Shown here piece after piece: positions 27,124 through 36,514 of a stretch of 36,778 nt of DNA (position 1 is its first letter; each line of letters opens with the position of its first letter). The position numbers were made by a program, and so were the translations under genes. The notes under the pieces are model-generated. The model had not been told where the DNA came from and made no database searches. It saw only the letters and a program-made list of their open reading frames with translations. The stretch comes from a virus (Duplodnaviria > Caudoviricetes), in IMG/VR virus record IMGVR_UViG_3300037043_000339, positions 1 through 36,778 of that record; one strand, 5' to 3'.

Positions 27124-27175
27124 AGGTGAATCCCTCTCTCCTTTAATAAGGGGGAGGGGGATACCTATGTTTTTT
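27124..27175 (+). terminator. Intrinsic terminator after the major capsid gene
   Basis: TCCCTCTCTCCTT-taat-AAGGGGGAGGGGGA stem (with G-U pairs), flanked by AGGT/ACCT and followed by TGTTTTTT. Confidence 0.65.
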
Positions 27176-27209
27176 CTTATCCAACTATTTCAAACAGGAG
27201 AAAGTCGAA

Positions 27210-27758
27210 ATGAAACCAACATTGTTCGTATTCAAAAGCATTTACGAAGAGTATCAGATTCCTCTTCCGACGTCGCAGACATCGACCGATAATAAAGGAG
27301 CGCTTCGGGTCGAATCATTGAATTCCGGTCAGATCATCTTCAAAAAGTACGAATACCGTACAACGGATGAGAATATCGCGGCCTACATCCGTGAATCGAA
27401 ATGGTTCAAGAAGAAGGAGATCATCGAATTGACGGCTGCCTTCGCATCCGGGACCAAACAGGAACCGAAGAAAACGAATCCGAATCTGACTCCCGTGCAT
27501 GGCGCGGTAACGAGGAATGATATTATCGGTGTCCTTGTCGGTCCGCCATACAGCGTATTGGCAGAGGATATCAAAGAAAAGTCCCTCGATGAATTGAAGG
27601 ATTTTGCCCGTAAGACATTCTCGATCGATTTCGTCGATGCCAATGACGGCGGCGCAAAGACCGCAGATCCGGGCACCGGAGAAAAGAAGGAAAAGAAGGA
27701 GAAAAGCGGAAAAGTGAATGGAAAAAAGAAGAATTCTCCTTCCGAGACGCAGCAGTAA
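27210..27758 (+). CDS. Hypothetical protein following the capsid gene
   Basis: AGGAG RBS, 182 aa, Lys/Glu-rich tail. Confidence 0.75.
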   Translation: MKPTLFVFKSIYEEYQIPLPTSQTSTDNKGALRVESLNSGQIIFKKYEYRTTDENIAAYIRESKWFKKKEIIELTAAFASGTKQEPKKTNPNLTPVHGAVTRNDIIGVLVGPPYSVLAEDIKEKSLDELKDFARKTFSIDFVDANDGGAKTADPGTGEKKEKKEKSGKVNGKKKNSPSETQQ

Positions 27759-27766
27759 TGTAACAT

Positions 27767-27798
27767 ATCAATCCGGTTATTGATTTAACCGGATTGAT
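27767..27798. repeat. Perfect 13-bp intergenic inverted repeat (hairpin or operator)
   Basis: ATCAATCCGGTTA-ttgatt-TAACCGGATTGAT, with only a weak T-tail. Confidence 0.7.
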
Positions 27799-27819
27799 CT
27801 ACTTTAGAAAGAATTTCCA

Positions 27820-28614
27820 ATGAGCAGATCAAGAGAAGAACTTATTGATTGGGTTCAGTCCAGGATAGATGAGATCGGTATTGCTGACCAACAAAGCACT
27901 ATCGATCCTTCGATTATTTCGTTTGAGATTGACGAAGCAGCCAACAATCTGCTCCGGAGTGCCGAACGAAATATCGTATATCCTCTGGCAAGTGCGATTA
28001 TTCCGACGTTTTGTCTAGTACGACCTATGGTTCCCGCGGGTATGAACTCAATTATCATTCCCATTCAAAGCAGTCTTATCAGACATCTTCGCACTCAATT
28101 GTATAGTTGGAATGTTCATCGGGACATACTCTCTTCTGTTGAATCCGACGATTACCTGAAGCAAAATAATCCGTCAGAACGCAGCACGGTTAATCGTCCG
28201 ACAATTGCTCTGATTCCGTTCGTATTCTCGTATTCTGACGGAAGCGCGACAGTGTCTTATTCTCAGGCATTGGAATGCTTTCCCGGTCCAGCATCACTTA
28301 CATCAGGATATCGCACGACTCCTGCGCTTGGCAATACTGCAGAAAATAACATTGCGGCCGCTGCAATAGCTGAAGGATTGAGTGTAATATTCGAATCCGG
28401 TTTGGAATCAGGACAACACAAAGAAATCCGCTCTTTATTGGTAATCTCACGAAAAGTTGCAGAAAACCTTCCGGAAGATCTGCACAGTCCGATGGTGTGG
28501 TTAACAGCGGCTCAGCTGCTGACTTCTCTTCGAGAAAGTGCTGCATCCGATAAATGCCTGAAGCACGCCGAAATTGAATTGAAACAATTATCAGTATCCA
28601 AGATGGGACAATAA
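27820..28614 (+). CDS. Putative head-tail adaptor protein
   Basis: N-terminal helix ELIDWVQSRIDE and C-terminal LPEDLHSPMVWLTAAQLL, typical of adaptor proteins. Consistent position. Confidence 0.6.
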   Translation: MSRSREELIDWVQSRIDEIGIADQQSTIDPSIISFEIDEAANNLLRSAERNIVYPLASAIIPTFCLVRPMVPAGMNSIIIPIQSSLIRHLRTQLYSWNVHRDILSSVESDDYLKQNNPSERSTVNRPTIALIPFVFSYSDGSATVSYSQALECFPGPASLTSGYRTTPALGNTAENNIAAAAIAEGLSVIFESGLESGQHKEIRSLLVISRKVAENLPEDLHSPMVWLTAAQLLTSLRESAASDKCLKHAEIELKQLSVSKMGQ

Positions 28615-29021
28615 TGGCCGTAACAGTCGACCACATATTGAAACAAGTAAACTCCCGTACGGCGTTGCTTGCACGAACAACCGGCACACGCAAACTTGCT
28701 ACTCAGGTAGACGATGATTGGCTCTTGAAGCAATTTCTCTACAAGGGCACATATAAAATCTTGATCGCCCGCGGTGTAATACCTCCGGAATCTGTGTACG
28801 ATCCGGAGCCAACAACCGAGCAGGTAACAGCCGTTATGGCTGAGATTTTCCCCGAACATGAAGATTGTCTCGTGTTCTACATTTTATTTGAATGGTTTCG
28901 ATCCATTGGAGAACAAGGACTGAAAGATGAATACGAAGTATCGCACGACAAAGAACTTGATAAGTATCGATTTGTTGTTCGTACACCCATAACAGCCGAA
29001 AGACCATACAGAGGAGTGTAA
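28614..29021 (+). CDS. Putative second head-completion / adaptor protein
   Basis: TAATG coupling. Helical, with EHEDCLVFYILFEWF and a C-terminal RPY. Confidence 0.5.
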   Translation: MAVTVDHILKQVNSRTALLARTTGTRKLATQVDDDWLLKQFLYKGTYKILIARGVIPPESVYDPEPTTEQVTAVMAEIFPEHEDCLVFYILFEWFRSIGEQGLKDEYEVSHDKELDKYRFVVRTPITAERPYRGV

Positions 29022-29023
29022 TA

Positions 29024-29401
29024 ATGCCCAAGACTCGATCACCCCGGAATTCTGTGGCCAAAAGGATGGAGATCATGGAGGAGGAGATCAAAATGATCAA
29101 AACGAAACAGGTTTCCTTGACCTCAATCAGTGATTCCCTGACCGATATTAAAAAGGACATTACCCGGGTTCACGAACGGATGGATGATGGAGATATTACA
29201 ATTACCATCCACAACGGCCAATTAACCGGCGAATATAAACTCAACGAATTTGTTCAGGTTCTCTATGATCGGCCAAAAGATGCTTTTAAGAAGACATCTG
29301 ATTTTGCCGACCGTTTAACAAAGATTTTTGTTCTTGCCGGCTCCGGTGGAATGATAATTTATTGGATAATTCAAGTATTCAAAATGATACCGAAAGGATA
29401 A
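29024..29401 (+). CDS. Coiled-coil protein with a C-terminal membrane anchor (lysis-cassette associated)
   Basis: GAGGAG RBS. N-terminal coiled coil and TM segment IFVLAGSGGMIIYWIIQVF. Confidence 0.6.
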   Translation: MPKTRSPRNSVAKRMEIMEEEIKMIKTKQVSLTSISDSLTDIKKDITRVHERMDDGDITITIHNGQLTGEYKLNEFVQVLYDRPKDAFKKTSDFADRLTKIFVLAGSGGMIIYWIIQVFKMIPKG

Positions 29402-29405
29402 AACG

Positions 29406-29723
29406 ATGGATCTTCTCACAACTCTTACCGCACTGGTTTCCGGATTGATCGGTTTTTCGGAAGTGTTCTTCAAGGGATTGAAGGATCAATTCAAAGTGAA
29501 AATATCCGGCATCTGGTCATTGGTAGTTACCTGGATATTCGGAATCGGCGCGACAATGCTGGCCGCATATATCAATATCGAATGGTTCGAAAGTTTCCCG
29601 TTCACCGAATGGTACTGGACCGGATTACTCTGGGGGGTGGTAGTATCATTATGCGCAAACGGATTATTCAAACTCGAATGGGTTCAGAAAATCCTTATTG
29701 TCATAAAAGTCCGTAAAAAGTGA
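29406..29723 (+). CDS. Putative holin
   Basis: 105 aa with about 3 hydrophobic segments and a basic C-terminus (KVRKK). Overlaps the endolysin start (GTGA). Confidence 0.75.
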   Translation: MDLLTTLTALVSGLIGFSEVFFKGLKDQFKVKISGIWSLVVTWIFGIGATMLAAYINIEWFESFPFTEWYWTGLLWGVVVSLCANGLFKLEWVQKILIVIKVRKK

Positions 29724-30343
29724 ATCCGGTTCTGGCCAATAAGATCTCGGTTGGATCTCTGGAACGGGTCTTCCGAAAGAAAAAATACATTCTGGAGATC
29801 GGATCGCAATACGTGAATGTATTTGGCATTCGTGCATCCACCGGATTTACCAATACATTCGATGATATTATTGGCGCAATTTATCGTGATGTCGATGATG
29901 TGTGGGCAGTAGAAATATTTGCTGCTACCACAGAGCCGGGGAAGCATTATATGCAGAATCCGATGAATGTTGATGGAGCCGGTATAATGGTTCCCGACCA
30001 GTACCCCGGATTGTACGAAATCGGGAAGCATAAGAACCAATATTCAGCATTGGTGCAAGTAAAACCGGTGAAAGTATTCCGGGATTCAAACAGAGACCTT
30101 CGCTATGACCTTGATCCCAAAACGATTAAAAAGGGGAAGTTTGGTGCGAATCTGCACAGGGCGCATGAGAAACATAAATCAACATTTGTGGACCGCTGGT
30201 CGGCTGCCTGTCAGGTCGTTGCAGATCCTACGGATTACGATCGATTAATGATGCTGTGTGAAACACATAGCGCAATTTATTCAAATTCATTCAACTATAC
30301 TTTATTGGAAGAGAAAGATTTTGACGATGGAAATAAAACTTAA
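29720..30343 (+). CDS. Putative endolysin, L,D-transpeptidase (YkuD)-like His/Cys fold
   Basis: GIR..NTFDD, ATTEPG, and GANLHRA..VDRWSAACQV, which resembles the H-x(n)-S-x-G-C catalytic motif. Lies between holin and spanin. Confidence 0.65.
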   Translation: MNPVLANKISVGSLERVFRKKKYILEIGSQYVNVFGIRASTGFTNTFDDIIGAIYRDVDDVWAVEIFAATTEPGKHYMQNPMNVDGAGIMVPDQYPGLYEIGKHKNQYSALVQVKPVKVFRDSNRDLRYDLDPKTIKKGKFGANLHRAHEKHKSTFVDRWSAACQVVADPTDYDRLMMLCETHSAIYSNSFNYTLLEEKDFDDGNKT

Positions 30344-30935
30344 TACGGCAAATCTTCTGCTTATCTTCGTGCTGGTCACTTTGATGGTATTCGGGATTGT
30401 ACATTCGTGCAATCCCGATTCTACTTCTAACCAGACACCGGTATATGTCGACAAACCGGTACAGACCGATATTCCCACGGATACCAGTTCAAAGCCGGTG
30501 ACGATTGTGGAACGCAAGGTAGTTGATTCAGCTGCAATCGTCTTCTGGATGTCTCGATATGATTCACTGGCAGCAATTATTGCAGAGGAACGTCGTGATG
30601 CTGTCCAAACCGGGGAGCCAACCTTCGAACAATTTTTTATACCGCGTCAAATCGTCGTAGAAGACACTCTATCCGTTAACTACGTTACAATTCGGCCTCT
30701 GGATCCAATCGGGACATATGCTACCATTGATTCGACGAAATACAAGAAGTTCACCTTCATGGCCACCGTACCAATAACCAGAGAGGATTGTCGTCCATTT
30801 ATTGAGGAAGAAAAATCTTCCCTTAAAACTCTTGCCACGGTAGGCATTGGCGCAGCTGCCGGATCGCAGATTGGCGGACCGTTTGGAGCGGCCGTAGGAG
30901 CAATTGCAGGACTCGTATACGACAGAGTATTCTAA
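30327..30935 (+). CDS. Putative spanin (possible unimolecular type)
   Basis: The likely start is ATG 30327. N-terminal hydrophobic stretch ending VHSC, and a C-terminal Gly-zipper hydrophobic segment. Confidence 0.55.
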   Translation: MEIKLNTANLLLIFVLVTLMVFGIVHSCNPDSTSNQTPVYVDKPVQTDIPTDTSSKPVTIVERKVVDSAAIVFWMSRYDSLAAIIAEERRDAVQTGEPTFEQFFIPRQIVVEDTLSVNYVTIRPLDPIGTYATIDSTKYKKFTFMATVPITREDCRPFIEEEKSSLKTLATVGIGAAAGSQIGGPFGAAVGAIAGLVYDRVF

Positions 30936-30937
30936 AA

Positions 30938-32398
30938 ATGAATGTTGAGAAAATACATATTCAGGGATTGAATTATTCCGTTTCAGATCGTCAGGCGGCG
31001 CCGGGAGTATGTCGGGAATTGGAAAATCTTTTTCCATCAGGACACATCGATACTCCTGTTTGGGATCCCGTTCACAATTCAGATCAGTTCTACAAAATTG
31101 AAGGATCGGACGCCTGGCCGTTTAATAGTCCCGCACCTGTTGTAATTTATCCAATAAAAGACGCGTACCCATGGAAACGAGCAAACCGCTCGAGTATGCT
31201 CATCTATTTGCGATCGGATCCGATAAACGGAATAGATTGTCTTTGCGGCCGTCAGATTGATTCAAATAATAACATTGTTGTATCCATAAACGAAGAAATA
31301 TTTTATTCGTTTCCTCACACTGAATCAAACGATCTTTCGTTTGCACAAATATCCGACCAGTTATTTATCTGTATCTCACGGGGAGGAACACCGTTTGAAT
31401 TGTTGCAGTTAATCGAATCCGAAAGCGGAACGATTTGCCTGCCCTACAACATTCCATCACCGCCAAGTGTCGATCTGTATTTTAAGGCAGTCAAAGGCAA
31501 AGTTAACCATTTCAGCGGCACGACGGGATTTCTGTGTGCCTGGGAGTTATTTGACGGAACAATTGTCAAACCAACACAAGAAATGATCATCGAGTCGAAA
31601 GGGGATACCGGCGGGCTAATGACGGTGAAGGTCTATAAAACCGCATTAGAAGCCAAATGGAAGAATATTATCCGCGGTGTGGCCGTGTTCATGACGGACG
31701 CCTTTACGGAGGCGGTCATTGACGTTGAGAATGCAGTAATCGGTAAAAAACAATCTGCAATTGAAAACTATCTCGAAAATGCTGTATTCAAGAAAATCGG
31801 TCTCCTCGAGAATATATTCGATACCGAGCAGGAATTGAGTGTTGAATTGACCAGAGATGACTTCATTATTATTTCTGATCTGTACGACGAAGACAATCTT
31901 AATAATGATATCGTATTGCCAAACATCGTCAGTTCTTATAATGCAAAATTGCTGCTGGCGGATGTCGGCGTTCAGTATTCAAAGCCGGCAGAGGTCGACG
32001 GATTTGTCACTCCGCCTAACCAGGATGGACAGGTGATAATACGAAACGTCATAGAATTACGAATTGAGATGTCGAAGGACCCACTTGATCACCGGTTCAG
32101 GAATAAATCGATCCTTTCCTGGATCAATCCGAAAGATGCCCTCAGTGTAACCATTGAGAGGGGAATTGTTATTTATGAAGTTTTTGTGAATTTCGGAAAT
32201 CAAGAAAAGAAAATTTATTCAGAAGGATGGAAGTTGTTACAATCTAATTTTGTCGGCACAAGTTATACAGATACGTTCGTTTATTCAAATTCGACTCCCA
32301 ATCCATTGAAAGCATACATTTTCTACCGAATTATGGCTCGTTATCCGGATAATAAATTCAGCGGTTATGAAACCATTGGCGATGGAGTTTTAAGGTAA
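30938..32398 (+). CDS. Putative tail nozzle / stabilisation protein, N-terminal part
   Basis: The N-terminus GLNYSVSD..PGVCRELENL resembles podoviral nozzle N-termini. Beta-rich, with SYNAKLLLADV. Confidence 0.55.
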   Translation: MNVEKIHIQGLNYSVSDRQAAPGVCRELENLFPSGHIDTPVWDPVHNSDQFYKIEGSDAWPFNSPAPVVIYPIKDAYPWKRANRSSMLIYLRSDPINGIDCLCGRQIDSNNNIVVSINEEIFYSFPHTESNDLSFAQISDQLFICISRGGTPFELLQLIESESGTICLPYNIPSPPSVDLYFKAVKGKVNHFSGTTGFLCAWELFDGTIVKPTQEMIIESKGDTGGLMTVKVYKTALEAKWKNIIRGVAVFMTDAFTEAVIDVENAVIGKKQSAIENYLENAVFKKIGLLENIFDTEQELSVELTRDDFIIISDLYDEDNLNNDIVLPNIVSSYNAKLLLADVGVQYSKPAEVDGFVTPPNQDGQVIIRNVIELRIEMSKDPLDHRFRNKSILSWINPKDALSVTIERGIVIYEVFVNFGNQEKKIYSEGWKLLQSNFVGTSYTDTFVYSNSTPNPLKAYIFYRIMARYPDNKFSGYETIGDGVLR

Positions 32399-33636
32399 TG
32401 GCTGAATTATTGGTAAAAATATCGGTCCAGATCCACTCTCAAAACGGCGTTTTCTATTCAACTTCAGATGGCCGAAAAGTGACCGGTGTAAGCGTAAATG
32501 GACAATCTTCGGGAAACTATATTCCCGTGCGGTCCGGAATTCTGCTCTACAAAAATCAGAGGGTGAAGAAATTCATTATTTATGCGAGCAGCGATCTTGG
32601 TGCGACGTGGAAAAAACAGGAGTATGCCGCCAAATCATCGATTCGAAGGAATCTGGCATACGCAATCACGGGAAATTATGTGAACTTTGACGGTATGTCT
32701 GCAGCGGCAGATCCTTCAACGCTAAACCATCAGGCAGACAGGGATCCCAATAGATTATACGTTTCAGAAACATATAAAAATCGAAAGATTCTTGGCCGGA
32801 ATGCGCACTATGTCGGAAATTCATCTGACGACAGGATATTAACCTTCGAATCCAATGCAAAAGAAATATCTGCCGGTCAATTCGGCCAATACCCGTTATA
32901 CGTTATTTGCTCTACGAGCATATGGGCGTTGGAGGTGGGAAGCGGGGATATCGCTTTTTCAAAAATATCACCGGTAGTTATAGGCCGAAAAATTGTCAAC
33001 CGGAAGTGTGTCATAAATGTCCACGGTATTATCTGGTACTTGGCGCAGGATGGTTTACACACTCTGCCGGAAAACAATGTGAATGTTCTGAATGAATTGC
33101 AGGATACAAGTCAGATCCGAAACCGAACTCCTAAATTTGACGACAATACCAGGATTGCATTCTTAAATCACGTTCACAGACAGGAAATATGGATCAGCGC
33201 CAACAACGATTTTGAAAGAACAACCTATTGTTATTCAATTCCTTATCGACGCTGGTTCACAATTTCCGAGGTTCGGGATGAATATTTCACGATCGATGAT
33301 CAACTGTTCGGTATCAGCGGTGGAATCATCTATAAGGAAATCGGATCGACATATCGTCAGGGAAAGTTTACTACCGCCCCTATTCACTTTGGGGAACCTG
33401 AAGTGCAGAAAAGAATACGCAGCATAATAATGCGATTCGAAGATTCGTACGATGTTTTTATGGGAACCCAAAGCGTGTATGATGTTACTGTATTAAAAAC
33501 ACGAATCAGCGATGTTCTTCATTCGATTGATTTTACTACAGAATTGCGATATGCGCACCGTCAGAGGATCCCGCGGTCCACGACAGATCTGGGATTTCAC
33601 TCTGGATATGGCCGAAACTGGCCAAGATTTTGGTAA
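32398..33636 (+). CDS. Putative tail nozzle / stabilisation protein, C-terminal beta-propeller part
   Basis: NRLYVSE, GQFGQYPLYV..IWALEV and TAPIHFG.PEVQKRIRSI are patterns of P22 gp10 / T7 gp12-like nozzle C-termini. Confidence 0.65.
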   Translation: MAELLVKISVQIHSQNGVFYSTSDGRKVTGVSVNGQSSGNYIPVRSGILLYKNQRVKKFIIYASSDLGATWKKQEYAAKSSIRRNLAYAITGNYVNFDGMSAAADPSTLNHQADRDPNRLYVSETYKNRKILGRNAHYVGNSSDDRILTFESNAKEISAGQFGQYPLYVICSTSIWALEVGSGDIAFSKISPVVIGRKIVNRKCVINVHGIIWYLAQDGLHTLPENNVNVLNELQDTSQIRNRTPKFDDNTRIAFLNHVHRQEIWISANNDFERTTYCYSIPYRRWFTISEVRDEYFTIDDQLFGISGGIIYKEIGSTYRQGKFTTAPIHFGEPEVQKRIRSIIMRFEDSYDVFMGTQSVYDVTVLKTRISDVLHSIDFTTELRYAHRQRIPRSTTDLGFHSGYGRNWPRFW

Positions 33637-33651
33637 TCAAACGAGGATATT

Positions 33652-35799
33652 ATGCCTAAAGTGACCATACCCCATACCGGCAATCAGATTCAAGGACTTG
33701 TCATTTTTGATGATAAAGACCGATATCCGATCGTTCGTGCCGGTTCAACGGATTACAATAATCCTGAAGCGGAGACTGTAAACAATAATTTCATTGCGAT
33801 TCGAAATTATGTCAATTCACTTCGCGCAGATCTGGACAATATCAATACATCCATCCCAGATGCATCTCCTTCGGTCGCCGGTAAGGTAAACTTAGTCGAA
33901 CAATTGTTCGCCGGCGAAAAAGGATTTGAAGACAACGCATTTGTTGGGAAGGCAAGCGTAAAAAACGGCCAGATCAAATTATTTAACGCTGCAAATGCAT
34001 TCTATGCAATGCTGAGAAATAATAGCGTCACGACAGCCAACCGAATACTTGATGTGCCCGATAAAAGCGGTGTTCTGGCATTACTTGACGATCTCAGTGC
34101 GAAACAAGATCTACTTGCTGCCGATGATAATGTTCAGATTAACCGGTTAGATGCGATTATTCAGCGTATTCGCAATGCATCAGGATCGTACATAGATGTT
34201 TCGGCACCCGCATCGTCGTTTTCTCCAAGGTCAGTTGTTATGCCGGCGAAAAGCGGTACGCTTGTCGTGAATCCATCAGCGCTGCTTACTCCATTTAATG
34301 CACGAATATCCAGCATTACAAAATTGAACAACATCAATAGTGATGAAGCTGTGAAGATCATTACGACCGATGATGTTGAGGCATTTGTGCTTGTAAAATG
34401 GTGCCTGGAGAATATGAGCGGGGTAGGGGATAATGTCAATCATTTCACTTTTGACAGTGTGCCGGCATTCGATCTGACCGGATACCACATTTACTTCCCG
34501 CAGTATTCGCGCAATTTGAAGATTGAATCGATGAACGGGGCTACCGCGACTCTGATCAGCGAAGAAGGATTGCCGACTACTATTGGCAATGCAAATACCG
34601 GGGATCTGCCGTTCATCCATTGCAATGCGCTGAAGTATATGGTCGTTGCAATACCGTACAATCCGGCAACATCGGCGCTGGATTATTCACAATTAAAGAT
34701 GTATACGCAGGAATACAAACCCAATGGAATTACCTCCATTTCTCTTCAATTGAAACTAAAGATCGGAGTTCGGTATAACATCCTCGTGTGGGCAGTAACC
34801 TCGGAAGTGAATTCTCCGGTATCTACCGTACCGCTTGAATCCGGCCAGTATCCCCTGATTAAGTTATCGAATATCGACGAAACCGGTGCATCTATGACCG
34901 CAACGCCAACGAGAGCAGGATTCCGGATCAACATTTCTGGATTAGGGGCCGCCTCTGCTTTTGAAATATGCTATACTTCTGATGGAGTTGCTGATTTCTC
35001 GAATATCAACCATCAAAGACTGATTTCAAAATCAAAGGTGATCGATGTTGCTGTTTCAGATACAAGATCGTACAGCATAAAAATGCGGCCGCTTATCGGC
35101 GGTCAAGTTGTCGGATCTATATACACCGCATCGGTAGTTTCCGGCGCCGGTGGATCCTTACCCGGAGATCAATGCCTATTGACCATACCGGTCAGCATCC
35201 GCACGTATTCAGGCGTTATGACATACACAGATGGCGTCGCATCGCTGGGAAGCATCAAGACTCCTGCAGGTGGATCGGCGTCTGTGAATAAACTGATGGA
35301 AGGTATTGTCGGTTCGGTCTTGTTAGACAGCGCAGGACATGAATTCCTGATCGCTGAAGCCCTTGATTGGAATTTGTATTCCTTAAAGAATATCGGTACG
35401 AATAATTTCACTCCAATTACAGGAAATTTTGAAATCAACACAACAAAGCGTGGCAGGATGGCCTATTATGGCGAATTGAACAAAATCGATTACGATATCA
35501 CATTCGTATCGTTTGATTGTGACGTTCAGGTCCAATATGCAAGCGTGTTGAGGTGGTATCAAGAAGCAAAGGAAAACGAATACGACTCGATGGTGGTAAA
35601 TGCGTCTGACAAGGAGTTCAAAAAAGATACCGACGTGAAAGTATATTCTTCAAACGATGAAATAAACGGTAAGCGAGTATTTGCGGTTGATTTTTGGGAC
35701 GCAAGCACGTCACCGGAAAATCGCGGCGGAATTACCGGAACAATATCTGTCTTCGGACGGCCTCGATCGATAACCAGGTCGACAACGGAGGTTTCGTAA
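33652..35799 (+). CDS. Putative tail fibre / tail structural protein
   Basis: GAGGA RBS. 715 aa with an N-terminal coiled coil (VNNNFIAIRNYVN), repeated P.KSG.L motifs and a beta-sandwich-like remainder. Confidence 0.6.
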   Translation: MPKVTIPHTGNQIQGLVIFDDKDRYPIVRAGSTDYNNPEAETVNNNFIAIRNYVNSLRADLDNINTSIPDASPSVAGKVNLVEQLFAGEKGFEDNAFVGKASVKNGQIKLFNAANAFYAMLRNNSVTTANRILDVPDKSGVLALLDDLSAKQDLLAADDNVQINRLDAIIQRIRNASGSYIDVSAPASSFSPRSVVMPAKSGTLVVNPSALLTPFNARISSITKLNNINSDEAVKIITTDDVEAFVLVKWCLENMSGVGDNVNHFTFDSVPAFDLTGYHIYFPQYSRNLKIESMNGATATLISEEGLPTTIGNANTGDLPFIHCNALKYMVVAIPYNPATSALDYSQLKMYTQEYKPNGITSISLQLKLKIGVRYNILVWAVTSEVNSPVSTVPLESGQYPLIKLSNIDETGASMTATPTRAGFRINISGLGAASAFEICYTSDGVADFSNINHQRLISKSKVIDVAVSDTRSYSIKMRPLIGGQVVGSIYTASVVSGAGGSLPGDQCLLTIPVSIRTYSGVMTYTDGVASLGSIKTPAGGSASVNKLMEGIVGSVLLDSAGHEFLIAEALDWNLYSLKNIGTNNFTPITGNFEINTTKRGRMAYYGELNKIDYDITFVSFDCDVQVQYASVLRWYQEAKENEYDSMVVNASDKEFKKDTDVKVYSSNDEINGKRVFAVDFWDASTSPENRGGITGTISVFGRPRSITRSTTEVS

Positions 35800-35800
35800 A

Positions 35801-36502
35801 GTGGCAGATTATAAGATAGAAAATGGTGAGCTCGTCGTTTTTGGCTTCAAAAGGAATATAAACGGCAATATCAATATTGCCGGTCAGACCGAATTATATG
35901 ATCCGGATTCGGACACAGTATTGGGGAAAACATCCACCGGATCGAAGGGAGAATACGAATTTCGTTTTCCCCAACATCAGATTCCGTCAGGCCGATATGA
36001 ATTACGATTCTACGGATCGAATACCGTCCAGAAGTATTATCCGGAAGGGGATTGGGAATATCTGGACATCGTAAACGATATCATTTTCGATGTACCTGAT
36101 GTCAATGAAATATATGAAGTCGCAGATCTAAAATTGATGAACGCTTCCGGTGAAGAGAGCGGATCTCTGGATACCCTGCAGGCAAAACTCCGGTGGGAAG
36201 ATATTCGCAGAGTAGACGCCGGATATATGCCACAGAACAGGAAATCCGGACTCGACGGAACAATGCGATTGATCACCTATCAGGAAGCGCAAAAGGTAAC
36301 CGGCTTTGAAGTCTACATTTACATTTCCGACACGAATACTCCTCCTGCAAATCCATACCCGAGTGGTACTGGATGGTATTATGTGGGAGAATCTGCCGTA
36401 CCGGAAATGACGGTCGAATGCCCCGCCAATAAATATGTAGCGTTTTGGGTGGGGATGCGATGGAAGACAACGAATTCTCAGATTGTTAAGAACATTTATT
36501 AA
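35801..36502 (+). CDS. Putative tail-associated beta-sandwich protein
   Basis: GTG start with GGAGG upstream. Prealbumin-like pattern (T.TGSKGEYEF..GRYELRF) followed by an FnIII-like pattern. Confidence 0.55.
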   Translation: MADYKIENGELVVFGFKRNINGNINIAGQTELYDPDSDTVLGKTSTGSKGEYEFRFPQHQIPSGRYELRFYGSNTVQKYYPEGDWEYLDIVNDIIFDVPDVNEIYEVADLKLMNASGEESGSLDTLQAKLRWEDIRRVDAGYMPQNRKSGLDGTMRLITYQEAQKVTGFEVYIYISDTNTPPANPYPSGTGWYYVGESAVPEMTVECPANKYVAFWVGMRWKTTNSQIVKNIY

Positions 36503-36514
36503 GGAGATACTACG

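Noticed and set aside
30258-30326. Longer start for the spanin-like ORF
   Set aside because: It overlaps the endolysin by 86 nt and would bury the signal sequence. ATG 30327 fits better.
33540-33660. Possible frameshift at the end of the nozzle gene (odd C-terminal tail)
   Set aside because: The alternative frames give no more convincing sequence, and the stop is followed by a normal RBS and the next start.
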